From Balanoglossus misakiensis (Eukaryota; Animalia; Hemichordata): a DNA stretch of 64,000 nucleotides. Positions 38,539-51,500 of this stretch are shown in pieces. Every line of letters begins with the position of its first letter. The first letter of the stretch is position 1. Where the stretch lies: assembly GCA_040954595.2 (NCBI GenBank), contig CM082580.2, positions 1,726,783 through 1,790,782 on the forward strand, in the 5' to 3' direction. A program made the translations under genes and the position numbers. The notes beneath the pieces are model-generated. The model did no database searches and was not told the DNA's origin. It was given only the letters and a program-made list of their open reading frames with translations.

Positions 38539-39770
38539 TTCATGGTTCCACAGCTGTCAATCACACTGAACCCTCAGCCAATCAGAGCCGAGAAAAGTCA
38601 TGCTGTTCACACAACCGCCATTTTGTCCCACATATAATCAACAACGTGGCCCAGCCTACAGTACACGCTCAGGTAGAGATAGACAGACTGGAAGTTTTTT
38701 TTCAGTTTTAGGAACTTAATGGTTTTAAAATATCGGCCAGAATAGTGAAGAGATGCGCCTGGGGGACGTGTAAATCGGATGAAAGGTACCTTGACCCAAC
38801 ATCGAGTATATTTTTTGTTCCGTTTCCGAAGCCAAAAACGCAGAGAGAGAGGTGTCTCAGGTGGTGGATATTAAACGTTTGCGTTTAGATTTTAAACTGA
38901 CACGTCTTCAATATAAATATTTAACAATGATTTTATTGCTAAAGTGTTTGAAAATTTTGAAATTCATATGCTGCTTGCAATTTTCATTCGATAAGTCAAT
39001 GATGTTCGACCCGTTATAAAATTTCCGGCGTTGTAAACAATGGGGCCGCGCGCTGTCAATCCAAGTAACGTTCACGTAGTTTTCTGAATTCGCCGTGTTA
39101 TCAGTGCTTTCATCCATATTTACCTACCAAAAATATCTCCAGTTGAAGTGATACCTCTTGTGTCTCGTATTTCGTCTGATTTCACTCAGAAATAGCACGA
39201 TAAACTTAACCTTCGAGGTCCGTTATTACTAGTACTATAGCCACTGCTACAGCTGATCGCGGTTTAATGCCCGTTTGCGTGTAACCCCGACCGCATAACA
39301 TGATCTTTCGATCGTTTTAAAATAGTGCTATTTTATTGCTGAAATGTTTTAAATTCACAAAGAAGCTCAATTTCATGGAAACTAGGTCTATGTATGTGAT
39401 AAACATATAATTCCCCCGTATTCCTCACTCGTGTGTCTGCGTCGCGAACTCGACATTCCCAGTATAGCCTGCGGCCCGGGGGGATACGGCCGCTATCGTC
39501 CGCGATGCAGGCACTCTCGTTCGAAATACGGGGGAATTATACCTCATTAAACCCTTTTCCTGTGACTTCTTGGATAGGTTTTTTAACTCTGGTAGGTAGC
39601 ATACAGAAATATCGCCAGGAACGTTGCGCAGACTATCGCTGAACGAATCTAGTTTCCCCAACCACGTTGTGGAGCTATGGAGGTCAATGTCCCACAAGCT
39701 TTGAGCTTGTGGGGCGTAGCAACAGTAACTAAGGGGGGCGTGGCTTATTACCGTAGAGTGGAACTATGAA
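38539..39770. mobile_element. Non-autonomous element with short TIRs, inserted in an intron of the DUF6589-like relic
   Basis: ttcatggttccac at 38539 versus gtggaactatgaa ending 39770 (12/13 inverted match). The first ~400 bp recur almost identically at ~62301-62698. Confidence 0.65.
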
Positions 39771-40154
39771 TATACAGGTAGAATTCTATTCACATTGTCA
39801 CTTATGACTTGAAGTGGAAAATCTGCCATCAATGCAGAGGGGTCCTGATTAGATAGTTATCTTACCAGCTAATAACCTGTGACCCTGAATCAAAAATTTG
39901 TAATGGTTATTACACAAAAACTGTAACATATCCAGTCTCCAGTTTGAGATAATCCCCTCGCCATCAGTTACATAGCTACTACTCTCAAGATTGAGTGATA
40001 AATCCATAGGACACTTCAAAGTAATTGATTATAAAATCATCCAAAATGTGTATGGACAGTCATAACAGTGTCACAAACTGCTCTGTGTTATATATGCGGG
40101 TTTGGTTGTAACTGACCAAACATTATGTATTGGAGATATCACTGGACACAGATG

Positions 40155-40171
40155 GAGAGACAGACAGACAG

Positions 40172-40205
<34 letters not shown>

Positions 40206-40225
40206 ACACACACACACACACACAG
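40155..40225. repeat. (GACA)n(CA)n microsatellite
   Basis: Read directly from the sequence. Confidence 0.9.
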
Positions 40226-42572
40226 ATGTTTAGATAGGTTCAACCCAAATTATAAGCTCCTCATTGTGGGCTAAAAATTCACATAACATACTCCCCAGTG
40301 AATGCAGTTCATGTGATTCCCCCCCCCCCCCAGGTAGCATAGTACATTGTTTTCAGTGTGAGTTACATGTCATTGCAACACATATATGGTCCAAGTAATG
40401 GCATATTAATACATAAATGATAGACACTAACCCTCGGTACTGCCATATATACAGAATTCTCTATCATCCTCATCACCATCATCATTAGCTGTGAACACTT
40501 CTTTTATGGACCTGTAGTCTATGATTGGCCAAACCATCGACACAACATTTGAAGCTAAAGCCTTCAGGTGATCCACTTTGTCTCCAGGTGCGTTGTCGGG
40601 TATTTCGTCAATGTCATCTACCTGTAGAACTTTCATTGCAGCCAAAACTACCATAGCTTCAGTTGTGAAATTCAACAAATTATCCACATGATTGATGCAG
40701 TCCGCAATCTTTTTCTTCGCATTTCGATGGTTAAACACAGTTTTCAGATGGAAAAGTGTACCCTCTTGATCCGCACTTTTTCCAGTGAACAGAAGATCCA
40801 TTGTATCCTGAAAATAAATACATAACAATTCCACAAATAATTTAGCGTAAACATAAACAGAAAAACATTTCAAACAATGAAACACAATTTGAATGACATC
40901 TAATGGGCTATTCATTGTCCTATCATAGAACATTGAAAGGGTATATCAATAAGGCTTTCCAACAATAGGTACTACATAATTAGATTTATAAATTATTTTT
41001 CGCTTAAAATGAATATAGTGCAAACAAATCCTGAAAACATTGTGTCAATTTTATTCAAACAAAATTGCCAATATTGAAATGAATTCTTCAAATACATGTC
41101 ATGAATAATTGAAATATCAACCTGTCTTCTTTATTACTATATGTAGAAATCTTAAAACACTATCATTCTTATTAATATGCCCAGAAGATTGGGGTTTTAA
41201 GAATCACAGAAATGTTATTTATGAGCTGAGTACTTGATCTACAAGGTTTGATCGTGTTTGAACATTTTGAGGTGGTTCATCCAAGCAATAAAACAACCAA
41301 ACATGTTTTGAAATATAGCAATTTATAATATGTTCTTTTGGTGGTTTGTTTTCCACTTTATGAAAACTAAACTTCTCCTTGAATCCTCTGCCATAACAAA
41401 TGATAAGAAAACATTAATATAATTTTTACACACACACATATTTTAAATGTAGCTATTAAAACTATTAAACCTTACCACCTGATTTTTTGGCTCAATTTCT
41501 CATATTGTCAACACTAACAGCAATATTGTTATTTGTGATAGTTGAATTTCCCTTTACAATATATAGTCCCATTCGTTTGTACAACTACCAATGTCGCTAG
41601 TATTTAAAAAAAACTACATTCAACACACATCAAATCTGTTCTGGCTAATGAAACAAAAACCATATTCACGGCCAAAAGTGAATATCACTTACAATTTTTC
41701 TAATCTTTAAATAAATGCCATTACTACTAAAAGCGAAAACATCACATACAGTGATTCTAATCCTTGAATACATATGTCATTACAAATAAACATGAAAACA
41801 TCACCTAAAATGAACATTTGCAAAAAGGAGGGAGTTTCCCTAAATCCGTCATTTCAAGACTGAAAACAAACAAATGCCCCTCGTACGGCAGATTTTGATG
41901 ATCAAGACTAAAAATAATGATGTACAGCTCTTTGTTCTAAACAATAATTTGAATGACAAAAAATGATTACATTTTGTTGTAACAAAACAGAAAAAAATAA
42001 CAAAATGATCCACTTTATTTCTCTATAATGAGCACTGATGTATATTACTGATCATTTGTTGTGGCTTGTAAACAGAACATGCCACTTTCTTTGTATTTAA
42101 CCAATTACACTCACTTCATTTGGCCAATCTTGTGATGTTGACATGGCATCATTTTCGTCAGTCATTCCTTTGCAATTATCCAGTAAACCCGCTTTCATTG
42201 GATGCAGCTTAAATGTGTTTCTTTGATCTTGTCGTCTTCAGTTGTGTCATCTCTATCAGCATTTTCTCTGATTTGGCTTTTGGAATATTTTCTTTGTCAA
42301 TAATGTTTCTGTGGCTTTATCCGTCAACTTCAAATTCTCTAATTCAACCGTCGTAACATTTTCTGAATGACGTTGTTTGTTTAAGATTTATATCCTTGGT
42401 CTCGTATCGTGGTATCTTCAGTTGTGTCACCTGTACCGATATTTTATCCCATTCAAGTGTTGAAACATTTTCTGTGTCAATGTTGTTTGTATGGCATTAT
42501 CATTCTTCAACTTCAACATCCTTATCTTCAACTCCATAACTATTCTAGAGAGTCGTAATATGTGGCTGCTGA

Positions 42573-45500
42573 TTATTCCTTGCTAGGGCTTGACACACCC
42601 AGCTTTCTGAACATTTCATGGATTACACTCTGGGCATCTGGTCTGCTTCTTTCTTTCTGGTTCAATGCTGACAACAAAGAGGAGAAATTACTCCGATAGA
42701 ATTTCTTTCCTTCTGTTGGCACTGCACTACGGAGTGTACCATCCGCGCTCCTTTTAGACCACTCGGATATCACGAACAGTGTCGTTGACATCGGCTTGTC
42801 TTCCCAACCTTCAACTTCCTTGTACCAGATCCCCAACATGTCTGCCAAAGCTTTGTAGTCAAAACCAATGGGCCGTCTGACATCCATTAATATGGCAAAC
42901 TCTTTGAGGGCATCCTTCAGCATCCACTTGACATCACTTTCATATCCATATTTACGGAGGAATGTGGTATCATATCCAGCACAGAGCAAGTCAGTGACAG
43001 CTTCTACTTGACCTGTTTGCTCATCATACACTCCACTTCCATTCTGCTCAGCTTCTGTGATTTTCTGCATTGGGTAGAATCTTACATTCTCTGGGTTGCT
43101 GTGAATTCGTAGCGAGTGGGCGCTGAGAATATGGGTGTCGACCTCGATACCCGGACAGCAGATCTCTATGACGTCATGGATATCTTTGGTCACCATTTCC
43201 AGTAACTGGTAACACGCCCCTATGTCTTCTCCCTTTTCTGCTCTGACACAGGTGTGGATTGCCTTCCATCCATCTGTCATGTACACCAATCCTTCTACGA
43301 TGCGGCAGACTTTGATACCATTCTTCCATATTCCACTGGGAGGGTAACCCATTTCCTCAAAGTGACGGTAGAGCCTGGTCTGTAGGCGTGGGAACAAACC
43401 CGGTGTGAAGCTGTCTGTTTCATCATGGCATTCGATTCTTCTACCAAAATAGTGATGCTTAGTGGGATCCGATTCCCATTGATTTGCTGGCATTTTATCT
43501 TCTGAGAGTCCAGGGATGATGTAAGATTTTGGATTGGACTCATCTTCATGGAGAAGCTCAAAATGCTTGAGAAGAGCCATGACTAAGTTGGTATCACCGT
43601 AACCACTGAATACTCGAGCAATTTCTGTCTCGTGATAGAACTTCTGATTTTTCGGCAGTTTGTCGCTGTACTGAACGAAGATATCAGTTGCCATCAGTCG
43701 ACCTAAGATTTCTGAACACAACCATTGACCATCAAGAACAATGATATCATCACCAAGTGGATTCTTGACAAAGATAATCTGCAACAAACAAGAAGACAAT
43801 GAAATAAACTTCAGATGTTAACAAAAGTTGATTGAAAGAAATAATGTATTGATCAATGAGATGAGAAGGCAAGACTAGTAAATGAATCAATGAATAATGA
43901 TGGTTGGATGGATGGGTGGGTGGATGTATGTATATATGCATTCATGCATTCTCGCATGTATGTATGTATGTATGTATGTATGTATGTATGTATGTATTTC
44001 ATGAATGAAAGTGGTATGGAAGTAAAACATCGAAAATGTGGCATCCTCCACGGACAGCGAACCGGCAACAACTGGAAAAAGAACGCACAGACCGAAAAGA
44101 CAGTGGTATCGATCCAGAAAGCCCCCATACCGATGTATCAGCGTCACCAAACGTATACATATCTGGGCTACGATGTAAACATAGAAAATACAGCTGATAA
44201 AAAACAAGTGGACAAACTCATCACAGAACTCAAAGAAACACTAAAAAAGATAGACGGTTCGCTTTTGCCAAGCTCGGCAAAGCTTTCTGCTGTTAGTGTA
44301 ATGTGTATGTCAAAACTTAACTTCTACTATCCCAATTTGATTTTTACAGAAAGAAATCTAAAAAAGATCGAAGATGAAATTGTGAGTTATATACGACATT
44401 GGTTTGACTTGAACCAATCATCAACAAGATCCTTCTTTTTTACGCCAAAATCAGCTGGTGGAATGGGGTTAATTAACCCATGTATCATGTATTATGCCAA
44501 ACACTTGTCATTCTATTTATCAGTTATAAACAATGACGACCCCAATGTACGCCAGGCAGCAAGGCAAGCACTTAATCTACATATGGAGAAACGGGAAGCT
44601 GTTTGCACAAGCAATGACTCCCCGGATGTTGCCGGATTTGCTCTCGATGACAGTAATAATATCACAAAACAGTCAAAAATAAATTCGCCAAAGTCCATGT
44701 GGATAAATCTGCATGAAATGTGCAAACGTGAAGCCATCTCCATGTTTAGGAAAGGAGATAAATATATTTATGAAATGTCGCTCGATGAAGAGGTATCAAT
44801 AACATTTGATTCAGCTGAGAAGTTTTACACAATGTATAAGGTTGAAACAATACGAGAAAGATCTTAAGGCAAACTCCTCTCAGGGGAGAGTACTTAGAGA
44901 AGCAGGAAATGTTCTTCATTCAATTTCAGCTACGTATCTCAATAACCATAATATTGATGATAAGCTAAGATCATTTGTGGTGCGAGGCCGTTTACAGCTT
45001 TTACAATGTGAAAGCCTCATGTCCCTGTACTACCCGAGCAGTCGATCAAAATCATGCAAAATCTGTAAGCATCCCTCCGAAATGGCATCCCATGTTTTAA
45101 ACGGCTGCACTAAATTCCAGAAAATTTACCAGCAAAGACATAACAGAATTGTTGGTTTAATTTACGGAAAGATCGCTGGTTGTAACCCAAACATGATAAT
45201 TGTCAAAGATACAGTGCTCACCCATAAGTTGTTCAAGGACAATGATGACTTTTCTTTCCGGCATCACCACAAAAGACCAGACATAATTGTTGTTGACAAA
45301 GAAAACATGCAAGCAACTTTAGTAGAAATCGCCATTCCTTTTGATGCACATATCTCAAAATGCTTTCAGGCTAAATTCGACAAATATTACCCCCTTTCTC
45401 TCGAAATAAACGACATGGAATATCACTCATTGGTTGTCGTTTTAATCATCGGCAGTCTAGGCACAGTTCACCAAAAATTCATAACAGGGCTTATCAAAAC

Positions 45501-48500
45501 CGGGTTAATTAGATATGACGCCAAATTTATGGCCAGGTATTGCAGTATAAGCTCCATAATAGGCTCTAACAAAATTTGGAGAATGCGATGCCAGCAATAC
45601 GACATATAAATTGCTGTTTTGTTTAGTGACAAGGTGATGTAATGTGAAGGGACCATTTGGTACGTTTCCTGCCATATGCAATGTGTTTAACAATTGTTAT
45701 GTAAATATTGTATTTATATATCCCTCTGGGTGTATTTGGAAATAAAAGAAGTTGATGTGTATGTATGTATGTATGTATGTATGTATGTATGTATGAATGT
45801 AGTATGTATGTATGTATGTATGTATGAATGTATGTATGTATGTATGTATGTATGTATGTATGTATGTATGTATGTATGTATGTATGTATGTATGTATGTA
45901 TGTATGTATGTATGCATGCATGCATGCATGTATGTATGTATGTATGTATGTATGTATGTATGTATGTATTTGATAGGTAAAAGGGATGGACAGATGAGTG
46001 AAATAGTGATATGTGACTGTCTGGCTGGATGTATACAATAAATATGTGAGGTTTAATGACAGACAATGATTGGGTGGCCGGATTGGTGGATGAACTATTT
46101 GCTGTGTATCTACATTTACCTCGCCAATGCTATCCAGGTAAGATGTAGCTATTCTCAGAAAGGGCTCTTCAACCAATGGATCAATTTCCTTTACTTTTTC
46201 CACATATGTCTTCCAGTACAGGACAGGGAATTTAAGAAGCTCGTTACACCATATTCGCTTCTTGTCAACAAGTTCTGCACATAACCTTGGTATTTTTTCT
46301 TTCTTCTGTAATGCAATGAAGGAATGGAAAATTTTGATGAGTACCCATGTTTTTAAATCAGTGATTCAATGAACTCAGCCATGGAAAATGGGACCAAAGA
46401 CCATTCCCAAAATGTCACATGCAATAATAGTATATATTGCCGTCAACATGCAATTACATAATGCTTTTTGATCACTTCTGAACATCTGGAAACTTTCTGT
46501 AATCTCGCCTGTGTTGATAAGTGTGTATAGGAACCATCACCAACACCAAGAAAATGCCCTTAGTATTTGGTGCATTTATATATTATGTTACTACATAACT
46601 TGGTTCACTGAGTGAACCTGTGGTAAACAGATAGGGGATGAAAGTATGAAGAAATATTTACAGGAAAAACTGCATACAGATAAAGATTTCATCGGAGTGA
46701 TTAAAGCCTCAGTATTTCTCGTGGGGGCAAAATTTTGTTTGAAACGGCATCTATAATTTCTAAAAGTAGATGATAATTGATACTGAATCGAACAGTCATC
46801 ATCCCCAGCTCTGCTCATAAACTCATACAATTTACAATATAACGAGTGAAGAATGACTTTCTGTCCGGACAGAAAGTCACGTGAGTCAGGCTCCTGTTGA
46901 CACACGTGACTAGTGCGCATGCGCACTCAAATGTGAATCTATGCGGAAGAGGTTTGGTCGCCCCAAATCAAGCGACTCAGCGAAGAAATGCGCACTAATT
47001 CGGCGAAATTTTGGGAAGATAACTTTATGGGAGAAATCAGTCGATGGAACCAGATCAAATCCGAAAATGGTCTGACCATCAAATGTCAAAGTGGCACGTT
47101 TGCTGATCGACATGTACAACATTTCCGTTGTAAACAAACCCGCGCATCATTTCAAGTGTTACAGGAAATATTTACAGCTTGCACGTAGCTACAGTTGCCC
47201 AAACCTTTCTTCTATCGTCATTATGTAGTATTCCATGATGAATGTACAGGAAAAACGGGCATTTTTCGACAATGAAAAATGGATACACGAGAGAAATACT
47301 GGGGCTTTAATCTAACCTGGCCAATTGTTGTGAGAAATGTTGGATTGATCACTCCACTGAAATTATCATTCTGCTGTAGTGTTTTTATCATTTTTGTTTG
47401 GACATATATTAAAATCAATATGATATAAAAATAGTTATGCATTTATGTTAAACTCACCTTGAACCCACGTAAGATCACACGTAGTCTGCCCATTGCTTCA
47501 CTTTGAGATTCATGACAATTTACCAAAACTGTCTCATCCACGATATTCAAATAATCGCCAAATTTCTTCTTCAACTCTTTGCGTACCTTTTCTACAACCC
47601 ATTTGGCTATATTAGAAAACATAAAATAAAAAAAATGGGTTATGGTAATTACGGATGTACATGCAAAAGGTAAATTGGTAGACTTGGAACTTATGGGCAT
47701 GTCACTATTCCTATGAAAAAGAAAAAAAATGAGTATCCGGATTTAACTAGTATTCAAAGTTGGCGGGAAATGTCCCTTCTGACTAAAAGATTTTAAGTAA
47801 TTTATGTCAGATCTGTTGTAAAAAAAACATTATCGTGCATCACCTTACAATGTTTCGATAATTATATACCCCAACCCATCAAAACTCACGTGTATGTACA
47901 AACAGATAGGTCTGCTGGTCTAAATCAATATTGGTTTCCATTACATACTAGATTGTGTGTGTGTGTGAGTATGTGTGCATGTACCAGTGTGTTTAACAGT
48001 ATATGCATGTTGTAACTGCACTCAAACTAATTTACTTACCACTCTCTTGTTGAGATTCATCCAACATATCAGCTCTACCTGCGATCAATATCACAGTTGG
48101 TTTGGTGTCTTCACTCCGAGACGAAGCATCATCACTCTTTGATATGCTGCGTATCATGCCTTTGAAGAACTGGGCCCATATGTTGGTCTGAAAATTATCA
48201 CAATTAATTAATTACCCAATTACAATAAATCAATCAATAAATCAATCAATCAATCAATCAAGCAATCAATCGTGTAATCAATCAATCAATGTAGTTAATT
48301 AATTAATTAATTAATTAATTAGTTAATTAATTAATTCACAACTAATATCTGCAGAATCATAACTCCAGGTATGGATTCGTTTCTATAGACCAGTCATTTA
48401 AGAAAATATCTAAGTGCATCGCTACATACTTTGTCATTCACACTTGACCTTGTCTTGGGGATGCAATTGGCAGAATTTTTCATAATAGTGCCACTGTAAT

Positions 48501-51500
48501 GCCACACATAAACCATACTAAGTTCAGAGCTTACAAAATCATGCAACTCACGCCCTCACCCCCCAACCCATCCTCAAATGACTAGTTCTATATTTGGACA
48601 TAGTAGGTTAAAAAGTAGATTTCTTTCCGGTGTGTGTGTTGGTGTTTGCTTGTTTGTGTGTGAGGTGTGTGTGTGTGTAGCCGTTCTCAAATGACTAGTT
48701 CCATATTAGTCGAGTCGAAATTTTCCGAACCTAGAAATGTTCTTTCCTATGAAGTTTTTTTGCTGATTTGCATTCATATGGGTCACTAAAGCAATTTCAG
48801 CTTAGTTGCCAAAATGGCAACTTTGGGCAATTCTTCTAATTTGCATAATCGAAAATGGCCGCCAAACACATTCTCTAAAATTAACATTTTGCCCAGTTTG
48901 GCTCAAAATGGTGTGTAATATTTCATTTTAAAGATTTGCTTCATGTGGGCAGCTAAAACAACACAATATTAATGTCAAAAAGAGAGTTACGGGCAACTCT
49001 CCTAATTTGCATAATCAAAAATGGCCGCCGATTGCCTTTAAAGTTTAGATTTTGCTCTGTTTGTCCAAAAATGATGTGTTATGCCTCATTTTCAGGATTT
49101 TCATTCACATGGGCATCTAAAACAACTTCGACTTGGTTGCCATGGCAGTATTGGACAAATCTCCTAATTTGCATAATCCAAGATGGCCGCCGAATGCCTT
49201 AAAAATTAACATTATGCCCCGTTTCTCTCTGAATAATGTGTTGTGCCTCATTTTCATGATTTTCATTCACATGTGTATCTTAAACAATTTCCACTTGGTT
49301 ACCATGGCAGTATTTGGCAACCCTTCTAATTTGCATAATTCAAAATGGCCGCAAAACATCTTTTCGGGAATGTAATTTTGTCGTTCTTGTCCCAGGATCA
49401 TGTGAAAAACCTCATTTTATTTTCATTATATTTGTGCAACCCATTACTGATGTTAATTTATTCAATGCAGGTCACTACAGTGTAAACATTGCTCAGCCAA
49501 TATTAAATTTGACCTCCTGGTTGACGATGACTGGACAATTTAAGCACCTTGTTATTTATCTTGGGGTTTGCCAAATCACGCTCAACAAATATCCATTGTA
49601 GCACAATATATTTATGTACGACCAAAAAATGTTAAAGATTAATCATGTTTTTCCCCCAATTTTTTTAAAATGTAGTGTCTTCGAGGAGAGTTTACAATGC
49701 TTTGAACTTAGCAAAACCTACTGTAGTAAGCGGGTGTTTTCAATCAAATGGCACTAATTTTTTCTTATCAAATGTTGCATGACTAATTACTCTTTAATTT
49801 TATTGCAGGGTTCAAGATGGCAGATAATGTACTGGATGATAAAACTTGCTTTCTCCCGAGCTGCAACAAGTCTGGAAATTAAAATCGTTTAAGGCAAAGG
49901 CCACAAAGAAAATGATGGAGTGTACAAATGAACGGCGTGATGATGAAACCTTTACAAGAATGGGGGAGGTTGTGGATTCTCAAGGAGGAGAAGCATTAGT
50001 AGATGTTCATCAAGGCTGTGACTGTTCATACGTATCAAAATTTGGATAAGAAGAAATAGGGGGGTTCAGTCAATCCCGATGAACCACTAGTTCACAAGTG
50101 CAAGACTTTGATTTGAAAACATACTGTCTGTTTTGTGCCTCACACTGTGATGCTATAAATCCCAAGCATCTTGATAGGTGGAATAGAGTGGCACAGTGTG
50201 AAAGAAAGGGTGTTAAAGATGCCCACCTTTCAAATATGTTGTATTAAAGTATTATAATGATCAAAACGATGTGTGGAGTAGGGAAGTTGCTTTGCAGTGT
50301 GTCTTGGTGCACATGACTTAGCTACAGCTGAGGCACAATATCATATTACTTGTTATGGTGAATTCAGGAAAATTCCTGTGCATGCTGACCAGTGCTTGAA
50401 GATTGATGATGTATATTTGAAAATGCTTATTGATGAGATGTACATTAATAGAAAACTATGTACGTGGACATCCATTGAATTGTACGATATATATGCGAGT
50501 TTTGGTGGAAAACCGACACAAAAGCAAATGTTAACCAAACTGGTTAGTCTTATTTTGGTGATGAAGTGTTGGTTCTTTAGGCTGAGGGATGTGCATCTAT
50601 TATTGTTGGTTTCAGTGATTTTTGTTGGCAAGGTCCCTTTCTTTCACACTGTACCACTCTATTTCACCTATCGGGATGCTTGGGATTTATAGCATCACAG
50701 GGTGAAGCTCAAAACAGGCAGTGTGTTTTAAAATCAAAGACTTGCACTTGTGATTGTCTGATTCTGACAACTGGTGGTTCATCAGGATCTACTGAACCCT
50801 TCTTCTTCATCTTATCCAAAATTGTTTTGATACGTATGAACAGTCACAGCCTTGATGAACATCTACTAATGCTTCTCCTCCTTGAGAATCCACAACCTCC
50901 CCCATTCTTGTAAAGGTTTCATCATCACGCCGTTCATTTGTACACTCCATCATTTTCTTTGTGGCCTTTGCCTTAAACGATTTTAATTTCCAGACTTGTT
51001 GCAGCTCGGGAGAAAGCACGTTTTATCATCCAGTACATAATCAGCTATCTTGAATCCTGCACTAAATAAAGAGTAATTAATCATGCCGCATTTGATAAGA
51101 AAAGGTTAGTGCAATTTCATTAAAAAACACCCACTTATTTTTGCTCATTTCAAAGCATTGTAAACTGTCCTTGATGACACTACATTTAAAATATTTTGGG
51201 GAAAACATGATTAATCTTTAACATTTTTTTGGTCGTACATAAATATATTGTGCTACAAAGCATGATTTGGCAAACCCCAAGATAAATAACAAGGTGTTTA
51301 AATTGTCCAGTCATCATCAACCAGGAGGTCAAATTTAATATTGGCTTGTAGATTTTTACACTGAAGTGACCTGTACTAGATAAACATCAGAAATGGATTA
51401 TACATATATCATTAAAATAAAATGAGGTATTTTACGTGATCTTGGGATAAGAACGGCAAAATTACATTCCTGAAAATATGTTTTGCGGCCATTTTGAATT

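Larger units (their letters stand above)
37369..40807 (-). pseudogene. Intron-containing DUF6589-like transposon protein relic (exons ~40807-40430, ~40000-39866, 38312-38181, 37718-37369)
   Basis: Peptides SADQEGTLFHLK...VLAAM, DGEGIISNWRLDMLQF...HRLLAG|VNGWLPKRLSEEIKWNRTVNIRGG...DLANEFLNNTFK|QNLK...HTT...PNREHKAFPKF. The last two introns are GT-AG and phase-compatible; the exon upstream of ~39975 is disrupted. Confidence 0.65.

Noticed and set aside
45623-46203. HTYI/MYVC-repeat ORFs (also at 10823-11278 and 43750-44207)
   Set aside because: Translations of (TACA)n/(TGGA)n microsatellites.
46591-47228. Possible MITE bounded by ta|ctacataa...ttatgtag|ta
   Set aside because: An 8-10-bp AT-rich inverted match with no second copy in the window is insufficient.
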